DNA of 64,000 nucleotides from Candidatus Wolframiiraptor gerlachensis (GTDB lineage Archaea; Thermoproteota; Nitrososphaeria_A; Caldarchaeales; Wolframiiraptoraceae): NCBI GenBank assembly GCA_021323375.2, contig JAJPCT020000016.1, positions 64,001 to 128,000 of the forward strand, read 5' to 3'. Shown piece by piece: positions 47,295 to 57,136 of this stretch (position 1 is its first letter; each line of letters starts with the position of its first letter). The notes under the pieces were generated by a model. It saw only the letters and a program-made list of their open reading frames with translations, ran no database searches and was not told where the DNA came from. The position numbers and the translations under genes were made by a program.

Positions 47295-49236
47295 CCCTTC
47301 TCCGCCTCCTCGCGAGATACACTATGATCACGACCAGTATTATTATCGCGATTATCAGGATTAGTTGGTTCAGCTGGATCTGCGGTAGCTGTCCCCTCGT
47401 CGAGGACTCTACGAGCTGCGGCACCTCGACCACTCCTTCCAAGATTTCCTCACTCCTATTTCTTAGCGAGTCTAAGTAGCTCAGCCTGAGAACCACTCTC
47501 ACCTCGCCCTCTCCCTTCTCCAAGCGCTCGACGGGTATGTTGAAGAGTATTGGCGCGTTTGGCTCAACATCGCCGAGATAGCTTATCCGGCTTGATGTGA
47601 GGTCGCCGCCGACGATCTCTATCCTCGTGTATGACGCCTTCTCGGTTCCCTCATTCAATATCCTCCCAATAAGCAGGAGATCCCTGCCCATTCTTTCAAG
47701 CGATATCTCTTGGAGCTTGATGTCTATTATCCCCTTGACATACATTCCGATCAGGTGGTTCTCGCTCCTAATCCAGCCTCCGGACTCTTTGAAGCTCACC
47801 TCGACTCTCAGGTTGAATGGCTCCCCGATTGTTGAGCCTGATGCAGTTTCGGACGGCACATAGACCTTCAGACTTAGCGTCGTCCTCCCACCCTCACCCA
47901 GTTCAGGTATATTCCACGTCGTCGGCCCGATGAGAGTCACCCAGCCCATTGTCGGCGCTATAGTCACCATTATATCCCTGAGCCTCTCGCCCGAGATATT
48001 CTCTATCGTTATGTTTATGGGCTCTATCATCCCGCCCCGCACATACTCTCCAGAGTATATCCTCAGCCTATTCCTCCTACTCTCCTCGAGGATTGTTATC
48101 GTGATGCCTTTCTCGACAACATGCCTCCCCTCATCATCAGCATATGTTATCAGTACTGGTATGGAATAGGAGCCACCAGCAGCCCTCTCATTCACCAGAA
48201 CATCTATCGAGATCTTTTTCTCGGATCCGGGCCCGAGATCTCCAAGCTTGAGCGAGGTTGAGCCGCTTAGAACGGTGAGGGGTGGGCTGGCGAGCCTATT
48301 CAGCCCGATCTCCACGTTAATATCTCTCGCGGCCTCGTTCCCATTATTCCTCACAATTATATTCAGTGTCTTGGAATGCGCGGGCTCCATAATCGGGTCG
48401 TCAAGCAATACATCGAGGAGAACCCCGACGCCTCCGAGCGGCTTAACCCTCACCATAAGCTCATGCGTCTCTACAACCTGCTCTCCATAGGAGTTCTGGT
48501 ATCTCACCTCCGCGATTATGCTGGATGGGCCATCCGCCAGTGCCCTGCTCACAAACACCTTTAACGGGATGTTTATGGATGAACTGGGTGCTAAGTTTCC
48601 GATGATGTGCCTGCCGCCGCCCTCGAGGAGGGCTAAGCCAACTGAGGCGGATCTCACCCAGATCTCAGCCGAGGATGCATGGGCTGATCCCATGTTCTCC
48701 ACGGTTAGCTTGAGATTGGCCTCTGACCCCGGCTCAAGGATGCTCGGGCTAATGGATAGCTTGAGGTCGGCCCTGCCCGTGATCCTGAATCTAACCTTGA
48801 CTATCGTCAGGCTTATCGAGTCCTCATCCCACTCGACGTATCTAAGGGCGAGGCTTGCCTCATGCTCGCCTACCTTAACATCCTCGCCTATGTCTATGAG
48901 GAATGTTAGGTAGAAGCGCTCGCCCGATCTAACATGGCCGCTTGTTGATGGGCTTGTTAGGCGCTCACCGCTCTTGGAATCCCTGAACCCCTCCGGCAAA
49001 TATAGTGTCCCTTGGACATATCTGATGTCCTCATCCATCGTGTTTATGAGCTCGATAATGAGCTGCGCGTTCCTATCTCCTGGGGCAGCCTCCATCCTCT
49101 TGCTGATGCTCCCGAACCAGGCGTCTGAGAATATTATGTCGGGGACTGAGCCCGCTGAGGCTGTCAGTGGGATGGCGATTGCTGCCAGTAGTAGGCAGGC
49201 TAGGATTAGGCTAATTCTCCTCATAGGCAACACCAT
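47281..49236 (-). CDS. COG1361 S-layer-like Ig-repeat protein
   Basis: Signal peptide, repeated ENMG/RNNG/NEG beta-sandwich units, C-terminal TM + RRRR. Confidence 0.82.
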   Translation of the reverse strand: MVLPMRRISLILACLLLAAIAIPLTASAGSVPDIIFSDAWFGSISKRMEAAPGDRNAQLIIELINTMDEDIRYVQGTLYLPEGFRDSKSGERLTSPSTSGHVRSGERFYLTFLIDIGEDVKVGEHEASLALRYVEWDEDSISLTIVKVRFRITGRADLKLSISPSILEPGSEANLKLTVENMGSAHASSAEIWVRSASVGLALLEGGGRHIIGNLAPSSSINIPLKVFVSRALADGPSSIIAEVRYQNSYGEQVVETHELMVRVKPLGGVGVLLDVLLDDPIMEPAHSKTLNIIVRNNGNEAARDINVEIGLNRLASPPLTVLSGSTSLKLGDLGPGSEKKISIDVLVNERAAGGSYSIPVLITYADDEGRHVVEKGITITILEESRRNRLRIYSGEYVRGGMIEPINITIENISGERLRDIMVTIAPTMGWVTLIGPTTWNIPELGEGGRTTLSLKVYVPSETASGSTIGEPFNLRVEVSFKESGGWIRSENHLIGMYVKGIIDIKLQEISLERMGRDLLLIGRILNEGTEKASYTRIEIVGGDLTSSRISYLGDVEPNAPILFNIPVERLEKGEGEVRVVLRLSYLDSLRNRSEEILEGVVEVPQLVESSTRGQLPQIQLNQLILIIAIIILVVIIVYLARRRRRVEAG

Positions 49237-49894
49237 CCCTCATTCTCACGATCCTCTTGGCTGGAGCAGCCGTCTCAGGGTTATGAGTTACGACTACTAG
49301 CGTTACGCCGAGCTCCCGGTTAAGCCTCGTGAGAAGATCCACGACCTCGGCTGCTGAGACTGAGTCGAGGTTTCCAGTCGGCTCATCCGCCAATATTATC
49401 CTCGGCCCCGTCACTATGGCCCTGGCGATCGCAACCCTCTGCTGCTCCCCGCCGCTAAGCTCCATCGGCCTATGATTCATCCTATGTGCTAGGCCAACCA
49501 TCTCCAACGCCTCTCCAGCCCTCCTCATCCTCTCCTCACCATCAACGCCCTTGATCGCGAGCGGGAGCATGACGTTCTCGAGAGCCGTGAGCCGGGGTAT
49601 CAGGTTGAATGTCTGGAAGACGAATCCTATGAGCTCGTTCCTCAGCCTGCTGAGCTCCACATCACTCATCTTGCTCGGATCCCTGCCCTCGATCAGGACC
49701 CTGCCCCTCGTCGGCCTATCGAGAGCGCCTGCCAAGTGTAGGAACGTGGATTTACCGCTTCCAGAAGGCCCCATTACCGCCACATGCTCGCCTCGCTTAA
49801 TCTCTATGTTGAGGCCCCTGAGTGCCGGGACCTCCACCTTGCCCAGCCTATAGATCTTCCAGACATTCTCAAACTTTATTGCCGGCTGCTCCAG
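49211..49894 (-). CDS. LolD/MacB-type ABC ATPase; probable CTG start
   Basis: GPSGSGKST, LSGGEQQRVAIARA, ADEPTGNLD. The frame extends to CTG, 6 nt after GGGGTGA (adds IKFENVWKIY). Confidence 0.9.
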   Translation of the reverse strand: MEQPAIKFENVWKIYRLGKVEVPALRGLNIEIKRGEHVAVMGPSGSGKSTFLHLAGALDRPTRGRVLIEGRDPSKMSDVELSRLRNELIGFVFQTFNLIPRLTALENVMLPLAIKGVDGEERMRRAGEALEMVGLAHRMNHRPMELSGGEQQRVAIARAIVTGPRIILADEPTGNLDSVSAAEVVDLLTRLNRELGVTLVVVTHNPETAAPAKRIVRMRDGVAYEEN

Positions 49895-49975
49895 AAGCCA
49901 TCACCCCAGCCAAGCTTTTTCAGAGCGCAATAAGTATTTTTTGTAACTCGCTGAGTATTATTACAGGTTTTCGCG

Positions 49976-50746
49976 ATGGGCCAGCAAGAGGAGCTCGTCC
50001 GCGCTCTGAGAAAAGATTGGGCTAAGCGAGTGTGAGGCGAGAGCCTATATTGCCTCTCGCTTGAGCTTGGCGAGGCGGATGCAGGTGAGATCTCGAGGAG
50101 GTCTGGCGTCCCGAGAACTAGGATATATGATGTCCTTGGTAGGCTTGAGGCGGCAGGGATAATTCAGAGAGTTCTCGGTTCTAGGCCGGCCATCTACTCC
50201 GCGATACCGCCTGATAAGGCACTGGAGCCGCTGCGAAGGAAGCTATTCGACGAGGTCTTAGAGGCGATTGATAGGCTGAAGCTCATGTATGCCTCGACAA
50301 AGACGATCTCAAGATTCAACATGATCCTGCTTAGGGGCGATAGGGCTTACAGGGCAATAATGGATCTTGTTGAGAGGGCGAGGAGGGATCTTCTCGCGAG
50401 GATCTTCTACCTGCCCTCACAAGTGCTGATGGAGCTTGTGGAGAGGCTTAGGGGGCTTAAGCAGCGGAACATCCAGACATACTTCTATGTCGATGCGCGT
50501 GTCCTGAGGAGGGAGGTTCCGCTAGATCAACTGGAGGAGATGTTGAAGGAGCTTAGAGGCAGCACCTTCACGGCCCTTGTCCCCCTCAGCTTCATATGCG
50601 CTGACTTCGAGAGGTTGCTGGTTCTATATGCCTCGCCGGAGAACCCGAGCGAGTGCTACGGCTTCCTAGTCCATGGATTTGAGGAGGTTGGGAAGATTAT
50701 CAGGGATCAGCTTGTCGGCGAGCGGGCCTCGTTGGAGAGCAGCTAG
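49976..50746 (+). pseudogene. TrmB-family regulator with two 5' frameshifts
   Basis: LRKIGLSECEARAYIA / EISRRSGVPRTRIYDVL..LE..G spread over shifted frames near 50010 and 50055. Confidence 0.75.
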
Positions 50747-50757
50747 CGCGCGTCGGC

Positions 50758-52257
50758 CTATTGCATGCTCCTCCTGGCCAAGAGCTTGTTAATCGCGTTT
50801 ATCATGGCCTCGACGCTGGCCATTACTATATCCTCCCTCGCGCCCCTCGCGGAGACGAGGTTCCCAGTCTCATCCTCAACCTTGACAATTACTTCGGCGA
50901 TGGCATCCGATCCACCCGTAACCGCCTCGATCCTAAACTCCCGAAGGCTTATCCTAGCGAGGTTCTGAATCACCCTCTGAATAGCCTTTAGCGACGCGTC
51001 GACAGGACCCACCCCAGTCTCCGCCGAGACATACTCCTTTCCGAGCACATTTAGCTTGACGGAGGATGTTGGTATGACGCCGGTCCCGGTGACGACGACG
51101 AGCTCCTCGAGGTTCACTGCCTTCATCCCCTCGATAGGCGCCTCTATCACGGATCTAGCTATCGCGAGTACATCGGTATCCGTCACGGTCTTGCCCTTAT
51201 CACCCAGCTCCTTAACCCTCCTGACTATCTCGTTGAGCTGGCTCTCCGTTGGCCTTAGCCCGACCTCCTCGAGTATAGTCTTTATCCCATGCTTGCCCGC
51301 GTGCTTGCCCGCCACTATCTTCCTCACCCTGCCGACGAGCTCGGGGCTGAATGGCTCGAAGGCGCATGGATCCACAACAACGCCCCTAACATGTATCCCT
51401 GACTCATGCGCGAACGCGTTATCACCAACTATCGGCTTATGGGGCTGAAGTTGAACTCCCGTTAGCCTTCTAACGAGCTGGGATGTCGCGTATATCTGCC
51501 TCGTATCTATATTCGTCTTCTTCCCGTATAGCAGGGTGAGGGCCATGACGACCTCCTCGAGAGCAGCATTCCCAGCCCTCTCCCCTATACCGTTCACCGT
51601 CACATGTGCTTGGATCGCTCCAGCCTCTATGCCGGCCAGCGTGTTTGCGACCGCGAGCCCGAAATCATTATGACAGTGAACGCTTATCGGGATCTTTACA
51701 ACCTTTCTCAGCTCCATGATTAGGTCATACATGCGCCTAGGTGTCATGATGCCAACAGTATCCGGCACGTTGATCCTGTCTGCTCCAGCCTCCTCAGCGA
51801 CCCGGCAGACCTGCTTCAAGAACCCTAGATCGGTCCTCGTGGCATCCATTGGGGAGAACTCACATATGAAGCCATGATCCTTAACATATGTTATGTATCT
51901 CGTGATCCTCTCTAGCGCCTCCTCCCTACTCATGCCAAGAACGCTCTTCAAGTGTATGTCGCTGGTCGAGTAGAAGACGTGGATGGAGTCCGGCTCGACG
52001 CTGATCGCCGCGTCCACATCCCCCTGATCAGCTCTTGCGAGAGCACATATCTCGGCCTTGAGACCAGCCTCCTTAATCAGCTTGAAAGCCCTCCTCTCGC
52101 CCTCCGAAGCGACCGGGAACCCGGCCTCAATCACATCAACACCAAGCTTGTCCAGCTGTATCGCTATCTCCAGCTTCTGCTCCGGCGTCAAGCTTACTCC
52201 CGGAGCCTGCTCACCATCCCTCAAAGTCGTATCAAATATACGGATAATCTCGCTCAA
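50758..52257 (-). CDS. leuA: 2-isopropylmalate synthase (or citramalate synthase)
   Basis: FDTTLRDGEQ, HCHNDFG, NGIGERAGN, AFAHESGIH, GVGPVDA regulatory domain; likely TTG start. Confidence 0.88.
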   Translation of the reverse strand: MSEIIRIFDTTLRDGEQAPGVSLTPEQKLEIAIQLDKLGVDVIEAGFPVASEGERRAFKLIKEAGLKAEICALARADQGDVDAAISVEPDSIHVFYSTSDIHLKSVLGMSREEALERITRYITYVKDHGFICEFSPMDATRTDLGFLKQVCRVAEEAGADRINVPDTVGIMTPRRMYDLIMELRKVVKIPISVHCHNDFGLAVANTLAGIEAGAIQAHVTVNGIGERAGNAALEEVVMALTLLYGKKTNIDTRQIYATSQLVRRLTGVQLQPHKPIVGDNAFAHESGIHVRGVVVDPCAFEPFSPELVGRVRKIVAGKHAGKHGIKTILEEVGLRPTESQLNEIVRRVKELGDKGKTVTDTDVLAIARSVIEAPIEGMKAVNLEELVVVTGTGVIPTSSVKLNVLGKEYVSAETGVGPVDASLKAIQRVIQNLARISLREFRIEAVTGGSDAIAEVIVKVEDETGNLVSARGAREDIVMASVEAMINAINKLLARRSMQ

Positions 52258-52353
52258 CTCTGGAGACCGCCGAGGGCGGGGACTATTAAGCCTTTTTGAT
52301 CGGAATTGTAAAAACTTATTACCCATCATGAGAGCTTCCACCCCAATATTCCG

Positions 52354-52639
52354 CTAGAATCCTCAGGACATTTATGCTCTCAAGTCTACCCCAGAATCGT
52401 TTTTCTACACTCCTCACATATTATCTGGATAATCTTCCCATTCACAATGACTGCTAACCCCTAGTCCTTTCTCCTAACTCCTTCCTCGTAAGGGTTATGA
52501 TGCTTCTACATAGATTGCATACCGCCTCATGCTTCTCAATATAATTGAACCTTCCTGATTCTATCCCACCATGTAAACCCCATCTAGAAATTAGGTCTCC
52601 ACAGATTTGTTTGGTAGGGAGCCGGAATTCCGCCTCCAC
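52354..52639 (-). pseudogene. Decayed homolog of the Zn-protein at 22609-22821
   Basis: IEKHEAVCNLCRSIITLTRKELGERTRG, then shifted AVIVNGKIIQIICEEC. Confidence 0.75.
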
Positions 52640-52719
52640 AAACTCTCACAAAACGGAATTCGGGGAGGTAGGGAGGCTGAAAAAGTCTTAACTCCCGGGT
52701 TGAGAAGTCTGATGAGAGT

Positions 52720-53132
52720 TTGAGAATCCTCGATTATGGCCGCAAGATAATCGAGGAGGTTATGAGTGATAAGTATTATGCGGCGATATACAGGATAGCA
52801 TGCGAGGAGCTTAAGCTCAAGGATAGCGTTGAAGTTGCAATATCGGTGGTAAGGTTACCATTAAACTGGAAGCTTAGCAGGCTTAGAGGTTTGCTGGGCC
52901 TGACGCCGCACAAGGGGAAAAATATAATCACAAGTTGCGTACACATTTGACAAAACTCGCGGCATCAATCTATCTCAATAATAAACGATATGGAATCGGA
53001 ACGGGGCTCCTTGAAGGCATAAACTGCATGCCGTGCAGTAAAACGCTCTATAAATTACAACAACTAAGAATACTAAAGATATTGAAGAGGGCATGGCAGC
53101 AGAGACGACGTATGCTGGCCGGCGGGCAGTAA
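52720..53132 (+). pseudogene. 5'-deleted, frameshifted copy of the IS110/TasR-like gene
   Basis: RKIIEEV...IYRIACEEL...VRLPLNWKLSRLRGLLGLTPH / YNHKLRTHL..LAASIYLN closely match 23831-24691. Confidence 0.9.
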
Positions 53133-53236
53133 AAGCCGGAGAGCCGGTGGCAGTGAGACACTACCCGCCACGGGATCATCCCGTGGTGGCTCCTCAGATA
53201 ATCCCGCCGGCCGGCTACGACGGCTCGCCGGCCAGC
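53114..53236 (+). ncRNA. Putative dual-guide hairpin RNA, copy C
   Basis: Same three-stem architecture with plus-strand G-U pairs; 14+14 nt inner loop (53151-64/53190-203); T-tract at 53251. Confidence 0.8.
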
Positions 53237-53321
53237 CCCACCCCTAACCCTTTTTCCATCCCTAATATTTCATGAAAAGCTTTCTAAATAACATCTCCAA
53301 ATATAGAAGGGTTGGGTTGAC

Positions 53322-54707
53322 TTGATCCAGAAAATTTGTCTTCATTATCTGAGAGAGGATGTTGCGAGGGAGATCTCGAGATTCTGCTCTGGTAGATGGG
53401 TTGCCTTGGAGTGTAGGTCGAGTGGCGGGGGTCGAGCTTTTTACAGGTATTGGCCTGATGATGGGCCGCTCACGATTAGGGAGCCACCTGACATAAAGAG
53501 GATTATCAACAGGTTTGGTAATAAGATGCCGAGGACTATCTATGGCTCCGCGAATATCTATCGAAGGCTTGAGCGAAGGGAGGATGTCTCCGATCCGAGT
53601 AATATCCTCATGAGCACGCCGAGCTGGGATGTTGATGGATCATTGGAGGAGGTTGAGCTAATCAAGGAGGCTGCAAGGATACTTGTTGACGCTCTTAGGA
53701 GTGAGGGCGTCGAGAAGTCGGTATATCTCATCTGGTCCGGCCGCGGGATACATGTCCACCTGAATGAGAAGGCGATAAGTGGTGAGATTTGGGGGAGGGG
53801 GCCTCTAAGAGTCTCATTCGCGATAGCCGAGTATATTCTTGGGCGCGTGAAGGATGAGCTTGAGGCTGTATGCGAAAGGTCGAGGTCGCCTGATAGGAGG
53901 CTCAAGATCGAGAATCTCATGGATATTCAGAGGGTCTTTACGGCGCCTCTAAGCATTCATCGAGAGCTCGATCTCGTCGCAGTCACGATCAAGCCGGATG
54001 ATCTCGAGAAATTTGGGATAGAGTGGGCTAAGATTGATGGTTATAAGCACTGGAGTGGGTGGGATGAGTATGAGCCGGGCGAGGCTGATGATCTTGCGTT
54101 AAGGGCTCTCGCGGAGATCAGGGGAGACCTTAGGATGACGATAGGTGGGGAGGGGAAGGGGGGAGTAGAGGAGGTCAAGGACGTTCAGCAGGTTGCTCGG
54201 GCTGGCCAGATTGGCAGGTTTCAGGTCATGGGCCTCCTCCAAGCCGCGAGGTATTATGTGCTGAAGGGCGATCTCGAGCTCGCCAAGTCCTTCGGCCTCA
54301 ATAGGGCGATATTCTATGCTTGGGCTAAGAAGCGCGGCGTAACCGTGAGGAGGGCTGGAAGGGGCTTAAGATCCATCCAGCCATCCGAGAGGGAGGAGAT
54401 TGAGGAGAGGGTTGGTGATGAGGTCGCCTATCGGTCTCCACGTGGATACTTCATGATAGGTGGGCAGATTCAGAGACCCGTGGACTTCGACCGCATGATA
54501 GCCGCGAGGTTTGGGCGGAGCTTCGAGAAATTCTGGAACGCGGCCATAGAGTATGTTAAGAGCTTCCCGGAGAGCGTCCTCAAGAGCCAGCGAGAGTTCT
54601 ATGAGAAGGTCTATCTGCCGGTGAGGGATCAGCCTGAGAAGATCCTAGAGCGGAGGGAGCGTGGCCAAGAGGCCTCAAGCCTTGATCAATCCCACGACAT
54701 GTCATAG
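53322..54707 (+). CDS. Archaeo-eukaryotic primase (AEP)-like protein with extra C-terminal domain
   Basis: WDVD (DxD) and WSGRGIHVH motifs, R.FTAPLS.H; first 7 codons derive from the element. Confidence 0.65.
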   Translation: MIQKICLHYLREDVAREISRFCSGRWVALECRSSGGGRAFYRYWPDDGPLTIREPPDIKRIINRFGNKMPRTIYGSANIYRRLERREDVSDPSNILMSTPSWDVDGSLEEVELIKEAARILVDALRSEGVEKSVYLIWSGRGIHVHLNEKAISGEIWGRGPLRVSFAIAEYILGRVKDELEAVCERSRSPDRRLKIENLMDIQRVFTAPLSIHRELDLVAVTIKPDDLEKFGIEWAKIDGYKHWSGWDEYEPGEADDLALRALAEIRGDLRMTIGGEGKGGVEEVKDVQQVARAGQIGRFQVMGLLQAARYYVLKGDLELAKSFGLNRAIFYAWAKKRGVTVRRAGRGLRSIQPSEREEIEERVGDEVAYRSPRGYFMIGGQIQRPVDFDRMIAARFGRSFEKFWNAAIEYVKSFPESVLKSQREFYEKVYLPVRDQPEKILERRERGQEASSLDQSHDMS

Positions 54708-55854
54708 CCTCGGGCCATGCATGCGGGGCTCGCCTTTAATAGAGGGGCCGGAGCTGGCTCGAGCCGGGAGGCTGGCGTGGATGCAACATGATGACCTAGC
54801 CGACAAGCTCATCGAGATCTTCGGGGTCAGGGTTGATCTCACGGAGGATGTCGATGTTGAGGGGCTGTCTCCGGGGAGCAGGGTTTACAGGGTTAAGGGC
54901 TTCCCGAGTAACTGCGAGGTCTATATACTTGACTGCGAGGCTGGGAGGGAGATAGCATGCCATCCACATATAGTTGGTGAGAGGCTGGCCGAGCTAGCCC
55001 TCCTCTGCGCGAGGGATGCTGCTAAGGCGATTATCGAGTTAACCAGCATCAACGAATATGGTAAGGAGGCTATTGTCTTTGAGCACGTCTTGAGGGCGGC
55101 GCCCGGCTACAGGCTTCACGAGGCGCTTAGAGAGTCTGGTATCGGATTCAGGGAGGTCTGGATAAGGCCGCGCTATGTGATCCCATCATATCGGGCTCAT
55201 CATGCCGCGGATGAGAGGAGGATAGAGATAATCTATGAGGATTTCTCGGAGCTTCCAAGGAGAGAGCTATTGATGATCCTAAAGCCTGATACTGAGGCAA
55301 GCGGCAGAACTGGGAAGGCGTCGCTGGAGAGATTGGCCGAGGTCGCCGAGGAGAAGAACTCCGCGCTCGAGGAGCTCATAGTCTATGGATTCATCTCGAT
55401 CGACGGGCTCAAGACAATATATGAGACTGCATCGAGCATCGGGTTCAGGAGGACATACTTCTTCGCGATCGGTAACCTGACAGCCCTCTGCCACAACCTC
55501 TATGACATGCCATTATATGGCCCTGATGAGAGCTATTACTCGGAGAAGAGGGAGCTAAGGCTGCTCGGCGGGATAACAGATTATGAGACATTCACCCGGT
55601 ATATGCCCGAGTATATTCCTGGAGCTGATCAGCCTGGAGACTGGTCGGCAAGGCAGACAATCCTCTACACAGGATATGATTATGAGCCTGGCGACATAGA
55701 GAAGCACTTAACCAATAGCATCAACCTCATCGAGAGGCTCTGGAGTATCTCAAGGAACCAAGAATGGTTTTCTGGGATTCATGAGGAGGCGATAAGGAGG
55801 GAGCTCGAGAACCTGAGAAGCATGCTCGCCAGCTACCGGGAACAGAAAAAATAG
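54661..55854 (+). CDS. Hypothetical protein (possible PRTase-like fold)
   Basis: Long ORF with host codons; HVLRAA weakly resembles UPRTase ILRAG. Confidence 0.6.
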   Translation: MAKRPQALINPTTCHSLGPCMRGSPLIEGPELARAGRLAWMQHDDLADKLIEIFGVRVDLTEDVDVEGLSPGSRVYRVKGFPSNCEVYILDCEAGREIACHPHIVGERLAELALLCARDAAKAIIELTSINEYGKEAIVFEHVLRAAPGYRLHEALRESGIGFREVWIRPRYVIPSYRAHHAADERRIEIIYEDFSELPRRELLMILKPDTEASGRTGKASLERLAEVAEEKNSALEELIVYGFISIDGLKTIYETASSIGFRRTYFFAIGNLTALCHNLYDMPLYGPDESYYSEKRELRLLGGITDYETFTRYMPEYIPGADQPGDWSARQTILYTGYDYEPGDIEKHLTNSINLIERLWSISRNQEWFSGIHEEAIRRELENLRSMLASYREQKK

Positions 55855-55869
55855 ATGTGGGTGCGCGGC

Positions 55870-56052
55870 CTATCCCATTATCGGGGCCGCTGAGGCCTCC
55901 TTAAGCTCCGCGCCCCCGCCACCTATCTTGAAGATCCGCCCCGAGGAGAGCTTTACTAGAACCGCTCCACACTCGAGGCACTTGAAGTAATAATTGTAAC
56001 CCTCATAAGCCTTCTGAGCACCAAGATAAATGAGACGAGTATGATTACACAT
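55870..56052 (-). CDS. Small zinc-ribbon-like protein
   Basis: CNH...FKCLECG. Confidence 0.6.
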   Translation of the reverse strand: MCNHTRLIYLGAQKAYEGYNYYFKCLECGAVLVKLSSGRIFKIGGGGAELKEASAAPIMG

Positions 56053-56167
56053 CCCAATACATAGTATGCGAAGTCTAAGTTATATGCCTTGTGAGCACAT
56101 ATTCGTAAAAGTGACGGGCTGAAAAAGCTCCAAGGAGGAGGTAGATCTTATATCTCCCGCGGGCGAG

Positions 56168-57106
56168 TTGTTTCACGATTTGAAAGTTCTAGTGACTGGT
56201 GTTGCCGGATTCATAGGCTCTCATCTCTGTCGAAGGCTTCTCGATCTCGGGATAGAGGTTCATGGATTGGATAATTTGAGCAGGGGGTTTGCTGAGAGAG
56301 TTAAAGATCTCGAGGATGCCGGCATGGTTTTATATAGGGCTGATGTCAGGAATTGGGCCATAGTGCATGAAATACTGCATCGCGTCAAGCCCGATGGCAT
56401 CATGCATCTAGCCGCGCTAATCAGCGTTGAGGAGAGCATCAGGATGCCGGGGCTATACATGGAGGTTAACGCCGAGGGTACTAGAAATCTCGTGAGGGCC
56501 GCGAGTAGGGCCGGCGTGAGGAAATTCATCTATGCGAGCAGCGCAGCGGTCTATGGCAATCCCGTCAAGCTCCCAATAACCGAGGATCATCCAACAAGCC
56601 CCCTCTCACCCTATGGCCTCTCAAAGCTGAAGGGGGAACGATATGTAGCATCTGAGTTCATAGGAGAGGAGAAGCCCGTGATACTTAGGATCTTCAACGT
56701 CTATGGACCTGGTCAAAATCCAGAGTACGCTGGCGTCATAACGAGGTTCATAGAGAGGCTGAGCAGAGGCGAGCCGCCGATAATATTCGGCGATGGATGC
56801 CAGACGAGAGACTTTATCCATGTTGATGATGTAGTTGAGGCATTCATAAGATCGCTCGACGTGTCTATCGATGAGGTGCTCGTGGCTAATATCGGGTCTG
56901 GCAGGCCAGTCAAGATCATCGAGCTAGCCCGCATGATGATCAGGCTATATGGCCTGGATCTTGAGCCGGTTCACGCGCCGCCGAGGCCGGGCGATATAAG
57001 AGATAGTTACGCCGACATATCTAGGGCTAGGAGGATTCTTGGCTGGAGCCCGAGGATAGGTCTTGAGGAAGGGCTGCAGAGAATCATCCATGGAGAAGAC
57101 CTATAA
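56168..57106 (+). CDS. NAD-dependent sugar epimerase/dehydratase (GalE-like)
   Basis: TGVAGFIGS, ASSAAVYG, YGLSK, FNVYGP, RDFIHV. Confidence 0.93.
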   Translation: MFHDLKVLVTGVAGFIGSHLCRRLLDLGIEVHGLDNLSRGFAERVKDLEDAGMVLYRADVRNWAIVHEILHRVKPDGIMHLAALISVEESIRMPGLYMEVNAEGTRNLVRAASRAGVRKFIYASSAAVYGNPVKLPITEDHPTSPLSPYGLSKLKGERYVASEFIGEEKPVILRIFNVYGPGQNPEYAGVITRFIERLSRGEPPIIFGDGCQTRDFIHVDDVVEAFIRSLDVSIDEVLVANIGSGRPVKIIELARMMIRLYGLDLEPVHAPPRPGDIRDSYADISRARRILGWSPRIGLEEGLQRIIHGEDL

Positions 57107-57136
57107 TTAGTGATCTTGCTTACCATGCGCTAGGCT

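Larger units (their letters stand above)
45468..53348. mobile_element. Insertion C: 7.9-kb composite element; CATTAT repeat at 45468-45473 and 53343-53348
   Basis: Element remnants at both ends; hairpin loop strands match TGAGACATTA (left flank, 9/10) and ATTATCTGAG (right flank, 10/10). Confidence 0.75.
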
